The position numbers and the translations under genes were made by a program. From the human T2T-CHM13v2.0 reference genome, Homo sapiens, in the NCBI RefSeq assembly GCF_009914755.1, contig NC_060934.1: a DNA stretch of 64,000 nucleotides; one strand, 5' to 3'. The notes under the pieces are model-generated. The model was given only the letters and a program-made list of their open reading frames with translations, made no database searches and had not been told where the DNA came from. Positions 23,341 to 35,762 of the stretch are shown here, in pieces (the stretch's first letter is position 1; every line of letters begins with the position of its first letter).

Positions 23341-25204
23341 CCGAGGAGGAGTGTGTCCTGGAGAACAGGCGGGTGCGTGAGAGCTCCCAGCTCAGCCACA
23401 AGAGCAACACATGCTGCCCACCCAGCCTCGCCTACCCTGAGACGCCTTGGCAGGACCTAGAAGCCAAGCCTGGGGTAGGGCCTCGGCGTTGCCTGCACGT
23501 GTGCCCAGATGGCTTCTTCGGAGCCCTGAGTGGGCCCCCGAGGCTGTGTGTCCACTTGGCCCAGGCAGGGCGCTCTGGACACCTGGTGATTCCAGGTAGA
23601 GAGTGGAGCCCAGGCGCCTGCTGGCTGTGCGTGCGGTGCCTGGAGGCTACAGCCAGCGAGGATTCATTTCAGAGAGTACAGAACAACTTTTTGTTTTTAT
23701 AAACCAGCTCTTGAAGGTTGCATTTAAAAACTTGGGCTGACAGGGTCTGAGAGGATGTGTTTGCCTTTAGTAGAGTTTTGGATTTTGTGGCAGAGTGTCC
23801 GGGACAGTTGAGGGGGTGATGGGACAGATTCAGCTCCCAACGTGAGACCAACTGCACAGGTGCACATTGGGGCGACTCTGCCTGCCATGCAGCTCCGTGC
23901 ACATCCGAAAGACCGCGTTATTTCCTTGCACAGAAAACAGCCTTTCTCCTGGGCTGACACCTGTGCCCTGGGCCTGTGGACGCCCTGTCCAGGCAGCATG
24001 CCTCCTTGGTTATCCAAACAGTAAGAAGAAATGCAGGAACTTCGTGATCCACACGCGTGTGGATGACCCTGGCACACAGCGTTCCCGTTAAATTCTAAGT
24101 GTGGATAAGACGGCACACCGGACCACTCTTTCCAGAGCCTCTCCTTGCGGCTGCTAATAATGAAATACATCTTAGATGGCTTTTTAAACATAGCATTTAG
24201 GGTATTTGTTTCTCCTTTCAAAAGAGAAGAATCCCTTCCCAAAGTAGGCGAGCCGGAAAGGCCCAGCCTGGCCGCTTTCCGCATGAGTGGCCACGACTTT
24301 GCTGGATTGAAAGGCAAAGGGAACAGGCCAGCTTTGGCCCCTTCAGCCTGGCCTGATCACTCCTTTACAGCCTGTGAATGAGGCAGCTCTGGGGAGGGGT
24401 TTGGGGTGGCCGGCCCCTTCCTGGGCTCTGGGGTCCATCAGATGTTTGTCCTTTGGGAGCCTGCCTGAAGTGCTGAGATAAAGCAGTTTTTAAACAGTTT
24501 CCCGCAGATGCCTTTTGGGAGACAGAGCCATGAATTTCCTGAGCCGCGTCCTGGGATGGCTACAATGGCCGTCTGCCTGCCAAGCCTTCTCCCATTCAGG
24601 GAAAGCAGCTTAAGCCACTTAAGCCCATTAGCATCTGGATGGGGCCGGACCTCCTTGGGACACAGGGGTGGGCAGGGTGGCCCCGCTGTGTGGCTGTTTG
24701 GGTGCTTGTTCTAATCCTCACGCTGTTTGAAGGCTCCAGACTGATTTGTGACACATGAGTCCAAAAGCCACTTTGGGGGGCTTGACCCCATCAGCCGGTC
24801 TGTGCTCGGAATGTCAATGGCCTGCCCTGGAGTGTGCTTTGGGGATAGCGGGTGGCCGCCTCCTGGCCCAGGCTGAGACACTGCACACCAGCCACCAGGA
24901 GGTAGACGCTGCATCTTGGCAAGAGGCGGGTCGGGCTGCCGAAGGGCTCCAGAGTTCCTCTCAGTTCCTGCTGAGCGCATGCCCGGAACCTGCACAGGAA
25001 GGCCGGGCACCGGCCCAGGGGTGTCCTCCTGAGCCCTGTCTCCGAGCCCCGGCCAGCGCCCGGGGCACCGAGGTGCTCCTCAGCAGCACCAGCTCCCAAG
25101 GGCCCTTTCAGGGAGAAATTTTTAAAGCCAAAGTTACTTTTGGTGCAGTCATCATTTTATAAAACAAAAATCATATATTATTTTCTTAAAAAAACAGATT
25201 TATA

Positions 25205-25496
25205 GGCCAGGTGCAGCTGCTCACACATGTAATCCTAGCACTTTGGGAGGCTGAAATGGGACAATCGCTTGAGCCCAGAGGTTCACGGCCAACCTGGGCA
25301 ACATCATGAGACCCTGTCTCTACAAAAATTTAGAAAATTAGCTGGGCATGGTGGTGCATTACCTACAGTCCCAGCTACTCGAGGGGCTGAGGTGGGAGAA
25401 TCACTTGAGCCCAGGAGGTCAAGGTTAAAACGAGCCTTGATCACGCCACTGCGCTCTGGCCTGGATGACAGATCAAGACCCTATCTGCAAAAAAAT
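25205..25496 (+). mobile_element. Alu (AluJ-like)
   Basis: ggccaggtgcag...gtaatcctagcactttgggaggctga...; both arms present. Confidence 0.93.
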
Positions 25497-25509
25497 TTTT
25501 TTTATTAAA

Positions 25510-25900
25510 AACAAGCTGGATTGAGGTATAATTTACACACAAGCTATAATCCAATTCTAGACTCTCTCTCCATATAATCCAGTTCTAGACTATCCCTCCA
25601 GCCCCCGCCCCAGTCAGTTCCCTCCCGGCCCCCGCAGTCTCCTTGCTGCCTCTGTCTCTCCGACTTCGCCATGTCTGGGTATTTTGTGTAAATGGAATCT
25701 ACAGTCTGTGGCCTTTTGTGTAAGGCAGCAGCTGTGCCCTCCTCCACCCACACCAGCGATGCAGAAACGCCGGTGCCTCTGCCCGCCATGAGCACGGGCC
25801 CTCGCTGTCCACACAGAGCTTTGATTTCTCTCAGATGTGGGTCTCACACTTCCCTTGTTCGGTGAGGTTCTAGGCATTCTTGTTTTCATGACTTCTGCCA
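25510..25900 (-). mobile_element. Ancient L1 3' fragment, antisense
   Basis: ttgaggtataatttaca and tgtaaatggaatctacagtctgtggccttttgtgt resemble antisense L1M 3' end blocks. Confidence 0.55.
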
Positions 25901-26902
25901 AGCTCGGAGAGCTCAGTGCCCACAAGGCCCCTGTGTCGGGGCCAGGGGCTCCCCATGGCCAGTCCACCCAGGTAGGGGTCTCCAGCTCTCTTACCTTTAG
26001 GGACTGACCCTCAGTGACCATTCCCTGCATTGTACTGAGGTTAAGACGAGAAGAATTTTCAAAACAGGCCTCAATGTAATCCTTCGCGGTGATCTGTGCC
26101 GGCTGTCCGCCAGCCAGGACCGTGCCTCCTGGAGCAGCTCAGCCATGCAGTGTGGGAGAGAGATCGGCACTCACTCAGCCTCCCTCTCCTCTGCTGCCCA
26201 GATGACTGCCCCTTCCCGTAGCTGGTCAGGCCAGTGAGCATCCACAGGCACCAGAGGCCGCAACCCTGACCCTGCAGCACTGCTGCCCCAGCCCCTCTCC
26301 TTGGTCCTCCTGGTCGGTGTGATCGCTGGGACCCTGGCGGGAGCCTGAGTTGTTCTTGGGTCCTGTCCACCTGCCTCTGGGCCCCTGCCCACCCCAGCCT
26401 GCGCCCCAGGGACTGGTTTGAGCCTGTTAACACCACAAAGCAGGCGTGTGACCTCAGCCATCCCTCCCACGTCAGCTTCACCCAGATGAGCCTGTTGAGA
26501 CGGTTCCCGGTCAAGCCGCCTGCAGCCCTTGCCCGTTGTCACAGTCGAACAGCTCTCGAGGGAGTTCAGGGACGGGAGAGAGCGAGCGGGAGGAGGCCGG
26601 CCATGTGCCCCCGCAGGCACCCTCTTTGCTGTTCTCAGTGCTGCTGTGCCTTCCGAGCCTGCTGGTGTCGCACTGGCTTTTGCCCCAAAGCAGCTCTGTG
26701 GGCGGCAGCAGCTCCGGGGTGTCCTCGTGTGAGGGTCGGCTGTTGCGGGAGTGGCCCCTGACCCCAGGTGCGGAAATCTGGGTGTGACACCAGCTGCTGT
26801 CTGGAACCAGCCATCCTATCCCACTGACTCGGGGTGTCGGGTGACGCTGCCATGGGCAGGTGGGCCCCCCTGGGACTTATCTCCGTTGCTGTCTTTCTGC
26901 AG

Positions 26903-26998
26903 ACGCTCTGCACAAAAGCCACCATGCAGACGGTCCGGGCCGCCGACACCAATGAAGTGGTGAAGCTCATATTTCGTGAGTCGGACAACGACCGGAAG
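26903..26998 (+). CDS. INPP5A: INPP5A coding exon (exon 10, 96 nt): TLCTKATMQTVRAADTNEVVKLIFRESDNDRK
   Basis: Acceptor gtctttctgcag| and donor AAG|gtgagt; phase 0-0, continues the frame. Confidence 0.96.
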
Positions 26999-27156
26999 GT
27001 GAGTGGGGCCTGTGACTGGGCAGGTGACGCACGGGGCCTGCGCAGGACTCTGCAGCTTCCTTCAGAGCCGCCCTGCCTGCCCGGTTCGGTGGGGGCTAGG
27101 GGACACGCACAAGGCTGGGGGAGCTCAGGTGCTCATGGGCCACTCTGACTTCACAG

Positions 27157-27231
27157 GTTATGCTCCAGTTAGAAAAGAAACTCTTCGACTACTTCAACCA
27201 GGAGGTTTTCCGAGACAACAACGGCACCGCG
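27157..27231 (+). CDS. INPP5A: INPP5A coding exon (exon 11, 75 nt): VMLQLEKKLFDYFNQEVFRDNNGTA
   Basis: Acceptor ctgacttcacag| and donor GCG|gtgagt; phase 0-0. Confidence 0.96.
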
Positions 27232-27634
27232 GTGAGTTTGTGGTCCAGTGTGGCAGCTCCCCCGTCCTGGGACATCCACGCCCCCAGGCCTTCCCATTAC
27301 CTCTGCTTACCTGGGACCACCCTGCCTTGTCCCTGCCACCTCCAGGACTCAGTTCTGAGCCAGTGCAAGTCAGACTGCTGGGGACACATATTGGGTGCGT
27401 CCGGCACCCCGGGCCAGGTTGGGTGGAGGCTCCGTATCACTGTCCTGTCCACGGGCAGCATGACACTCGACCCATCAGCTTCAGAGATCCCCCCGTGTGC
27501 GAGGGGAGACGCTGGTGCTGTGGGGTGGGGAGGAAAGCCCCTTGTCTCAGAGTGAACCGGCCGGGCCTCGGGCCTCACTCTGAAGTGGGAGACTGAAGGG
27601 AGCAGGTTCCTCACACTCCTGTCGCTAGACTTGC

Positions 27635-27790
27635 TGTGTGTGGGTCTGTGTGTGAGCACGTGTGTGTGCTCTAGTGCATGCGTGTGCACATGTGCACGTG
27701 AGTGCGTATCTGCCTCTGTGGGGTGGGTGTGCCGCTGTATGTCCATGAGCACATGTGTAAACAAGTGCGTGTCAATGGGAATGTGCGGCT
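27635..27790. repeat. (TG)-rich low-complexity tract
   Basis: Degenerate TG/CA alternation. Confidence 0.8.
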
Positions 27791-28987
27791 CAGGTCGGTC
27801 CACGGAGAGGTGGCCCCTGCCAGTGAGAGACAGCCCCGGCTGCTGGACCTGCTGTTGGTTTTGAAATCGTGAGTCTTCCCTTCAAGGGATCAGTGTAGGC
27901 GAGCGCTGAGGGGCGGCCTACACACTCTCTTTACAATTTTTATTTTTTATTGTGGTCTACTTTTGTCCCATTTTTAATGTATTTACAAATGTTTATCAGC
28001 GCAAAGAACCAGGAACCACGCAGCAGCTGGCTGGGCCCCATATGCGGCCTCGGCCGATTTCTGTAAACACGCCCACTGTGGCGATTCCAAGCCACACGTG
28101 ATGCCGTGTGCAACGAGCCAGCATCCAAGATCTGGAAACCTCGGCATCAGTTCCTAGGGCGCTCCCGAGCCAGCTATGGTTCCCTTGGCGCTGCGTCAGG
28201 GCAGGTGGCCCCTGTCCTCAGGAAGCTGTCTGGGGAGTGGCCGGGGGAGAGGTGAGGGAGCACAGGCGGGTAGACCCAGGACACTGCAGCCGCGTTCACA
28301 TCCTAGCATCCTGGGCCAGCCAGGTGTCTGTGCGTCAGTTTCCCCTCGTGGGGTTTGGGGGCTTATGGGTGAGTGCATGCAAAGTGCTTAGGAAGAGCTG
28401 GGGTCTCTCAGTGCCAGACAGAGGGGCACGCCCAGCCCAGCGGATGCTGCCAGCCCCGAGTCCCAGGCCCAGAACCTCCACTCCAGGATGGCATTCGCTG
28501 CCTCCCCAACGGCCCCCAGACCCCACGCTCCTGTCTTCTTGGGAAGTCACTTCTGCCTCCTGCCCCTCATCAACCCAGAGCCCGAGGCTCCCGTGACGCC
28601 CACACCTCCGTGGTGCCTGGGCCTCCTGTGCCCGTCCCTGTCACCTGCTGCAGGAGCCCATGGTCCTTTCCCCCACTGGGGTCGGGTCAGGCCTTGGTGT
28701 CCTGTCCCCACACGGCCCCATCAGCCTGGGCAAGCCTAAGGTTTCCTCCGCTTCTCTCCATCCAGGCAGGCTGGGTTTCCTCCTGCGCCATGTGTGGGAG
28801 GCACCCTCCCCTCTCCTTCTCAAGCCTCCAGGGCCTGGTGGGGCCGCCTGTCTGTGGCTCCCGCTGCCCCTCTCTGGCTCTGCCTGCGGGACTCTGGGCT
28901 CCAGGATGCTTCCAGCTACAGGACACTCCCGGGTGGCGCATCCCGGCCTCGTCAGTGGGGAGCAGGGAGAGCCTGGGGAGCACAGAT

Positions 28988-29536
28988 GTCTGGGTGGAGG
29001 CAGGTGCCCAGGAGGTGTCTTCGTGGAGGCAGGTGCCCAGGAGGTGTCTTCATGGAGGCGAGTGCCCAGGAGGTGTCTGGGTGGAGGCAGGTGCCCAGGA
29101 GGTGTCTGGGTGCAGGCAGGTGCCCAGGAGGTGTCTTCGTGGAGGCGAGTGCCCAGGAGGTGTCTGGATGGAGGCAGGTGCCCAGGAGGTGTCTGGGTGG
29201 AGGCAGGTGCCCAGGAAGTGCCTTCGTGGAGGCGGGTGCCCAGGAGGTCTCTGGATGGAGGCGGGTGCCCAGGAGGTGTCTGGGTGGAGGCGGGTGCCCA
29301 GGAGGCGTCTGCGTGAAAGGGGGTGCACAGGACGTGTCTGGGTAGAGGCGGGTGCCCAGGAGGCGTCTGGGTAGAGGCAGGTGCCCAGGAAGCGTCTGCG
29401 TGAAGGGGGGTGCCCAGGAGGCGTCTGGGTGGAGGCGGGTGCCCAGGAGGTGTCTGGGTGGAGGCGGGTGCCCAGGAGGCGTCTGGGTGGAGGCGGCTGC
29501 CCAGGAGGCGTCTGGGTGGAGGCAGGTGCCCAGGAG
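28988..29536. repeat. Minisatellite, 29-bp unit GTCTGGGTGGAGGCAGGTGCCCAGGAGGT x about 19
   Basis: 29-bp period seen directly. Confidence 0.96.
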
Positions 29537-29787
29537 GGAGACAGGGCTGCCGTCGTTTGGAGGAGGTGCTTTCAGGGTCCCTAGCAGAGCTGGCTCCTCA
29601 GTGCCAGGGGAGCAAAGTCTCCGGGGACCTTGCACAGGGCATGAAAAAGTGGAGGGTCCCTTGGAGGAGGATGCCAGGGAAGCCCAGGGAGATGGAATGT
29701 TTTGGAAGGAGCTAGGAGACAGGGAAGAGGGAGGCTCCCTCAGCCACAGGTAGGGTGGTGGCAGGGGACAGTTCCCAGCCGGGGCTG

Positions 29788-30103
29788 CGTGGAGTGGGGT
29801 GCGGCATGGAGGGGCGTGTGATGTGGAGGGGGCTGTGGCGTGGAGGGGGGTGTGGCATGGAGAGGGGTGCAGAGTGGAAGGGGTGCAGTGTGGAGGGGCG
29901 TGGCGTGGAGGAGGTGTGGCGTGGAGGGGCGTGGCGAGGAGGTGTGGCGTAGAGGGGAGTGGTGAGGAGGTGTGGCATGGAGGGGTGTGGCATGGAGTGG
30001 GGTGTGGCATGGAGGGGCACGGGGCATGGAGGGGCACGGGGCGTGGAGGGGGTGCGGCATGGAGGGGGTGCGGCGTGGAGGCGGTGCGGCATGGAGGGGT
30101 GTG
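29788..30103. repeat. G-rich degenerate repeat (gtggcatggagggg)n
   Basis: Direct inspection. Confidence 0.9.
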
Positions 30104-32221
30104 TCTAGAGCATCTGGGAGCAATTGTCTTTCATGTGGATCCAAAGTCCTCCTTTTCTCTCAGCATTTTGACACAGAGCACGCCCCTGCTGTCGGTAGCC
30201 ACCATACCGTACAGTGTTTCCTACCTTTAGAGGAAAATTAATCTGAATATTTGAGAGAACTTTTGGATTTGGTTCTGAATGAAAACACGCTGTGGGGTTG
30301 AAGCCACGTGAGGCACCCGGTGTGATTGCGGAGGCCTGGTGCACTGTGTCGATACGTCGGGAGTCCCATGTGGAAAGGCGGCCTGAGCTCAGGAGGCGCC
30401 TTCTGAGGCTGTTTCTCATGAGAAGAGCCGATGCCTCGGCGTTCCTGTCCTGCTACTCAGATCCTCTCTGTTTGGGGCCTGGGACGACGGCACCTTCGGG
30501 AACGCCCCATGGGTTCCTGCTGACCCGGGTGCCCTCGCACTTGCCCGAGGTGCCGGCATGCCGAGTCAGTTGTGCCCAGAAATTGGCAGTTGTCCCCATC
30601 GACGGAGGGTCAAGGTGGTCGGACGGGGAGCCTGGGGAGATAATCCCATCTCCACGGTCCGGTTAAACACACAGCACCGCAGCCATGGAGAGCAAACTCT
30701 CCGTCCGCAGGATGGATGTGCCTGCGCCGGTCGCAGCCCCAAGTCCATTGCATCCTTCATCAACCGCCGGTCTTGTACCCGTCTGACAGAAATTTAATTC
30801 AGGCTGGCTCCTGAAAATAATTATTGTATTTTAAGAGTAGTAATCATTGGCCGGGACATGATTGAATGTGTCCATGCCTATTGACTTTTTCTATGATTTA
30901 TAGCTTTGTTTAGTCGATATTCCCATCGAAATTGTATAATTAATTATAAGTGTAGCTGTCAGGGCTGCAGGATGGAGTGCCCTGGTGAGGATTTGGAGAG
31001 ATTAAATTTTCCTCGGCTGTCCCAGGGCCGGGCTTGGGAGTTTCCGCAGCACCGGCCTCTTGGAGGGAGGTGTTTTCTGTGTGTTTAGCAACCGCTGTAG
31101 CCCCAGGTGCATTGATTTTCTGGGCCTCTTTCCTTTATCAGCGCCAGTGTCTCTGCAGGAGTGGCGTGAGCGGCGGCCGGGACAGCTCCTGACAGATGGG
31201 CAGGATCAGCCGCTGCCTTGTCATTGTCCACACGGCCCTGCCTGCCTTCACTTTGTAATCAAGAAGAATGTGGGAGACCATGCGAAATTGGTGATCATGT
31301 TTGTGAAAAATCTCAGAGAGATACAAATTATCAATTCAACAGCAACGTGCGCAGTTTCTAATCAGAAACCTCTCCTGTCTGGTATTTTGTTCCAGCCGCA
31401 GCAGGGGCCCTCACCCACATCATTCCGGGGGCAACAGCCCCCATGCCAGCCATGCAGGGTGAGGCTCCCTCCGACTTCTCAGAACCAGTGGCTGAGCAGG
31501 GACATGCCAGGACCCTCCCGCCACACAGGATCCCCCCGCCACCTGGCCGCCATGGTCCCTGTGCAGCCTTGCGTTTGTATCATGGTCGTGTGTACCTCTG
31601 CCTGCCCTGTAGGTGGGAAGACCCGTGGGGTAAAGACCGCGTGTTTGGAGTGTCTGGCACAGTGCCGACGTGGGAGCAGCACGGTGAGCCCGTGTCCAAT
31701 GAGGATGGAGGCAGGCCCAGGCCAGGACACCTCTGTCAGGAGACAGCCTCACGAGTGAGCGATGGGGATTCCCAGCCGGACTGCCCTGGGGTTTTCTCTC
31801 AGGCACCAGGCTCAGGGCTGGTCAGTGTGTGGGGGCGAGCACCTATGGGCCTGGGGCATCACAGTGGACAGAGGACAGCCTGGGGCCCTCACCCCTCCAC
31901 CCCTGGCTCCAGTACCGTTTAAGCAGCTTGAAGGTTCAAGTTCACTTCAAACCACACACGAATTTCCTTTTATTTTTACTTTGCACTGCCAAAACTGGGG
32001 GCCTTCTAACTCAGAAGACAGGGTGGGAAAGTGGCCTTGGTCCACTGAGCAGTCCTGAAACACCACCACCCAGGCAGGATGCCGGCCGAGGAATCCCATT
32101 CAGTCCCCATGGGAAGGAGGGGGCCCCCAGCCACCGAAAACCTTGGGCAGCCCCAGCCTGCTCCTTCTTCCTGGAGTTTTCCAGCTTCCCCACAACTTGC
32201 CTTGGGGTTGTTCCTATTGGA

Positions 32222-33060
32222 GTGTGTGTCAGCGTGTGTGCGTGGATATGTGTGTGAGCAGGCATATGCATGTGAGCCTGTAGGAGTATGCATGAGTGTG
32301 CGTGCATATGCATGTGAATGGGCAAGTGTGTGTATAAGCAGGCATGTGTGCGGACGTGTGTGAGCAGGCATATGCATGTGAGCCTGTGTGAGTATGCGTG
32401 TGTGTGATCGTATGCATGTGTGTGATCATATGCGTGTGTGTGATCATATGTGCATATGCATGTGAGCAGGCAAGTGTGTGAGCTGGCGTGTGAGCAGGTG
32501 TGTCAGCATATGTGAGCAAGCATATGCATATGAGCGTGTGTGAGCATGTGTGAGAGCAGGCATATGCACATGAGCGGGTGTGTGCATGTGTGAGCAGGCG
32601 TGTACATGCATGAGCAGGTGTGAGCAGGTGTGTGCATGTGAGCCTTCATGAGCGTGTGTGTGAGCGTGTATGCATATGCATTTGAGTGGGCGAGTGTGTG
32701 AGCTGTGTGAGCGTGTGTGTGAGCAGACATGCATATGAGTGGGAGTGTGCGTGAGAGCAGGTGTGAGCGAGTGTGTGTGAGCAGGCATATGCATATGAGT
32801 GGGTGTGTGCATGAGAGCAGGTGTGAGCGAGTGTGTGTGAGCAGGCATACGCATATGAGTGGGTGTGTGCATGAGAGCAGGTGTGAGCGAGTGTGTGAGC
32901 AGGCATATGCATATGAGTGGGTGTGTGCATGAGAGCAGGTGTGAGCGAGTGTGTGTGAGCAGGCATATGCATATGAGTGAGTGGGTGTGTGTGTGTGTGT
33001 GAGCAGGCGTGTGCATGCATGAGCGTGAGCAGGTGTGTGCATGTGAGTGGGTGTGTGTGG
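32222..33060. repeat. (TG)-rich repeat with an emerging 58-60-bp higher-order unit
   Basis: gagcaggtgtgagcgagtgtgtgtgagcaggcatatgcatatgagtgggtgtgtgcat repeated about 4 times at 32755-33000. Confidence 0.92.
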
Positions 33061-33543
33061 GGGGTGGTTTGCTTTTTAGTTAGAAAGTTTAGGCAGACCC
33101 TAGCGGCAGCCGCTGAGGCCTGAGGGAGGTCCTGGCCACCCAGGAGCAGGTGCTGACCCCAGAGGAGGCTCCAGGGGCCTAACACGGCTCTGCAGGTCTC
33201 TCTTGGAGACTGAGGAAGACTGGGGAGTGTTCAGTGGTGACAGTGAAGCCATCCCCTGCAGTCCAGCCATACACGTATCCAGACACAAACGTTTGGCACA
33301 TGTACCTGGCACACACAGCCCTCAGACATATGTCCAGGCACACCTGTGCACACACCAAACAGTGTGGAGTCGCCTCTGCCTGGGCCCCAGGGAGGCATCC
33401 CCAGAGCTGCTCATAGGGACCCCGTCATTGGGTGGTCAGATTTGCAGCTCAGAAGTAAAGATGGCAACACACTCAGAATCCGCCTGGCCTGGAATTCCTC
33501 GGCCCGGTCAGGAATTGAAGAGAAAAGCAAGTGTGGGGGGGGA

Positions 33544-33797
33544 GTGTGTGTGTGTACACATATGTGTGTGTGTGTACATGTGTGCACTTTGTGTGGTGTA
33601 TGTATGCGTGTACATGTGTGCACTCACGTGTGTGGTGTGTACGCATGCGTGTGCATGTGCACTAGTGTGTGTGGTGTATGTGTGTATGCATGTGTGCACT
33701 CGTGTGTGGTGTATGCATGTGTGTGTACACGTGTGCACTCGTGTGTGTGTATGTGTGCGTGTACTTGTATGCACCTGTGTGTGTGCGTGTGTGTATA
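33544..33797. repeat. (TG)n-like simple repeat
   Basis: Alternating purine-pyrimidine tract. Confidence 0.9.
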
Positions 33798-34975
33798 CAG
33801 TCACGTCACATAATGTCGTTTCAGTCAACAGACTACATATGTGACTAAGGTTTGATAATCTGACGATAGGACTGAAAGCTTCCTCTCGCTGTGTGATGTA
33901 ACTGTTGTGACATCACAGCGTGGCGGCACTGGTGTGAAGGAGCCGCTGCGCCGCCTGCTGTGGGAGAGTCTGGCACACTCAGGGATGCGCAGCGTGTCGT
34001 ACTTCAGAGCAACAACAAACAACTGTGTTACTGGTGTCTGCGTTTCTTCTCCCACACTTCTTACCATTACTGTAATGCACTCCTTCTACTTAATAAAAAA
34101 AGGTACCTGTAAACAGCCTCAGGCAGGTCCTTCAGGCAGGTCCACGGAGAAGAAGGCGCCGTTATCACAGGAGATGAGGCTGCATGCGGGTGGTTGCCCC
34201 TGAGGGCCTTTCCGTGGGACGCAGAGGCGGCAGAGAGGAACGTCGATGATCCTGACCCTGTGCGGGCCTAGGCTCATGTCTGTGTCGTTGTCTTCATTGT
34301 TATCAAAAAATGTTTTAAGATTTTGAAATATTAAATATAAAGAATAGGCAAAAAGTTTATAGAATATATAAACAATATTTTATACAGCTATACAATGTGT
34401 TTTAAGCCAAGTACTATTTGACAAAAGAGTGAAAAAGTTGAAAAATGTTAAAGTTTGTAAAGTAAAAAAGTTACAATAAGTTAAGGTTAACTTATTACGA
34501 GAAAATACATTTCAGTACATTATGTTACTCTTAGCGTCTCAGCGTTCCGTATTTATAAAGTCTGACATTCTGTTACTCTCAGCGCTGGGCATTTCTAAAG
34601 TCTGCAGTGCACAGTTGATCCCAGGCCTTCCCGCTCACCCCCGCCCGCTCACCAGCTCACCCCGAGCCCGTCCCAGCCCTGCCAGCTCCCTTCGCGAGCG
34701 GGGCTCCGCAGAGGCGCACGCTTTTTCTTCTTTAGACCTTGTTTTTACTGTTCCCTCTCTACGTTTAGGTATGTTCAGATGCGCAGGTACTTACAGTGTG
34801 TTACGCCACCTGCGGTGGTCGGTGGCCTGCTGTGCGGGTCTGCAGCCCTGGAGCCACGGGCCTCCCACCGTACAGCCCAGGCGTGGAGCGTACACGCGCT
34901 GTGATGTCCCACAGCGAAATCGCCTAAGGGTGCGTTTCTCAGACCGTATCCCCGTCGTTCCGTGACACGTGACTG
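33798..34975 (+). mobile_element. Tigger3-type (TcMar-Tigger, probably Tigger3b) non-autonomous DNA transposon, near full length
   Basis: TA|CAGTCACGT...ACGTGACTG terminal inverted repeats; ends match the Tigger3 termini as I recall them (gtttcagtcaac...; cgcctaa...tttctcagaccgtatccccgtcgtt); about 1.18 kb. Confidence 0.85.
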
Positions 34976-35067
34976 TGTGTGTGCAGAACCCTTGCCAAAC
35001 AGCCTGGAAGGATGACTTGGTGGCTATTGAGGGCTGGACCACAGCGGAGCAGAGAGGCTGGAAAGCC

Positions 35068-35762
35068 GAGCCCCACAGCCCGGCACCATGGCGTGGGTCC
35101 CCGGCCGACCCCACAGGCCAGTGCGATGTCGTGGGTCCCTGGCTGACCCCACAACACAGTGCCGTGGTGTGGGTCCCCGGCTGACCCCACAGGCCAGTGC
35201 GATGTCGTGGGTCCTTGGCTGACCCCACAGCCCAGCACCATGGCGTGGGTGCCCGGCCGACCCCACAGGCCAGTGCAATGTTGTGGGTCTCTGGCTGACC
35301 CCACAACACAGTGCCGTGGTGTGGGTCCCTGGCTGACCCCACAGGCCAGTGTGATGTCGTGGGTCCTTGGCTGACCCCATAGCCCGGCACCATGGCGTGG
35401 GTCCCCGGCCGACCCCACAGTCCAGTGCGATGTTGTGGGTCCCTGGCTGACCCCACAACACAGTGCCGTGGTGTGGGTCCTTGGCTGACCCCACAGGCCA
35501 GTGCGATGTCGTGGGTCCTTGGCTGACCCCACAGCCCAGCACCATGGCGTGGGTGCCCGGCCGACCCCACAGCCCAGTGCCATGACCTGAGTCCCCAGCT
35601 GACCCTATGGGCCAGTGCAATGTCGTTGGGTCCCCAGCTGACCCTATGGGCCAGTGCAATGTCGTTGGGTCCCCAGCTGACCCCATGGGCCAGTGCGATG
35701 ATGTGGGTCCCCAGCTGACCCGACAGCACAGCACCATGGAATGGGTCCCCAGCTGACCCCAG
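35068..35762. repeat. Minisatellite, 38-bp unit x about 18, with a 4-unit (152-bp) higher-order repeat
   Basis: Constant gtgggtccctggctgaccccac plus variable segments in A-B-C-B order repeated 3 times. Confidence 0.95.

Noticed and set aside
33429-33437. Perfect GLI site TGGGTGGTC, attractive because Nkx6 genes respond to Shh
   Set aside because: A single 9-mer is expected by chance in 64 kb. It sits between TG repeats with no motif cluster, so it is worth revisiting only if conserved.
32229-33844. His/Thr- and Cys/Val-rich ORFs here and at 40.5-41.1 kb and 42.8-43.8 kb
   Set aside because: Translations of (CA)/(TG) repeats.
35068-35762. CRISPR-like repeat/spacer pattern
   Set aside because: The spacers are short, homologous and recur periodically; there are no cas genes or leader, and the context is a mammalian intron.
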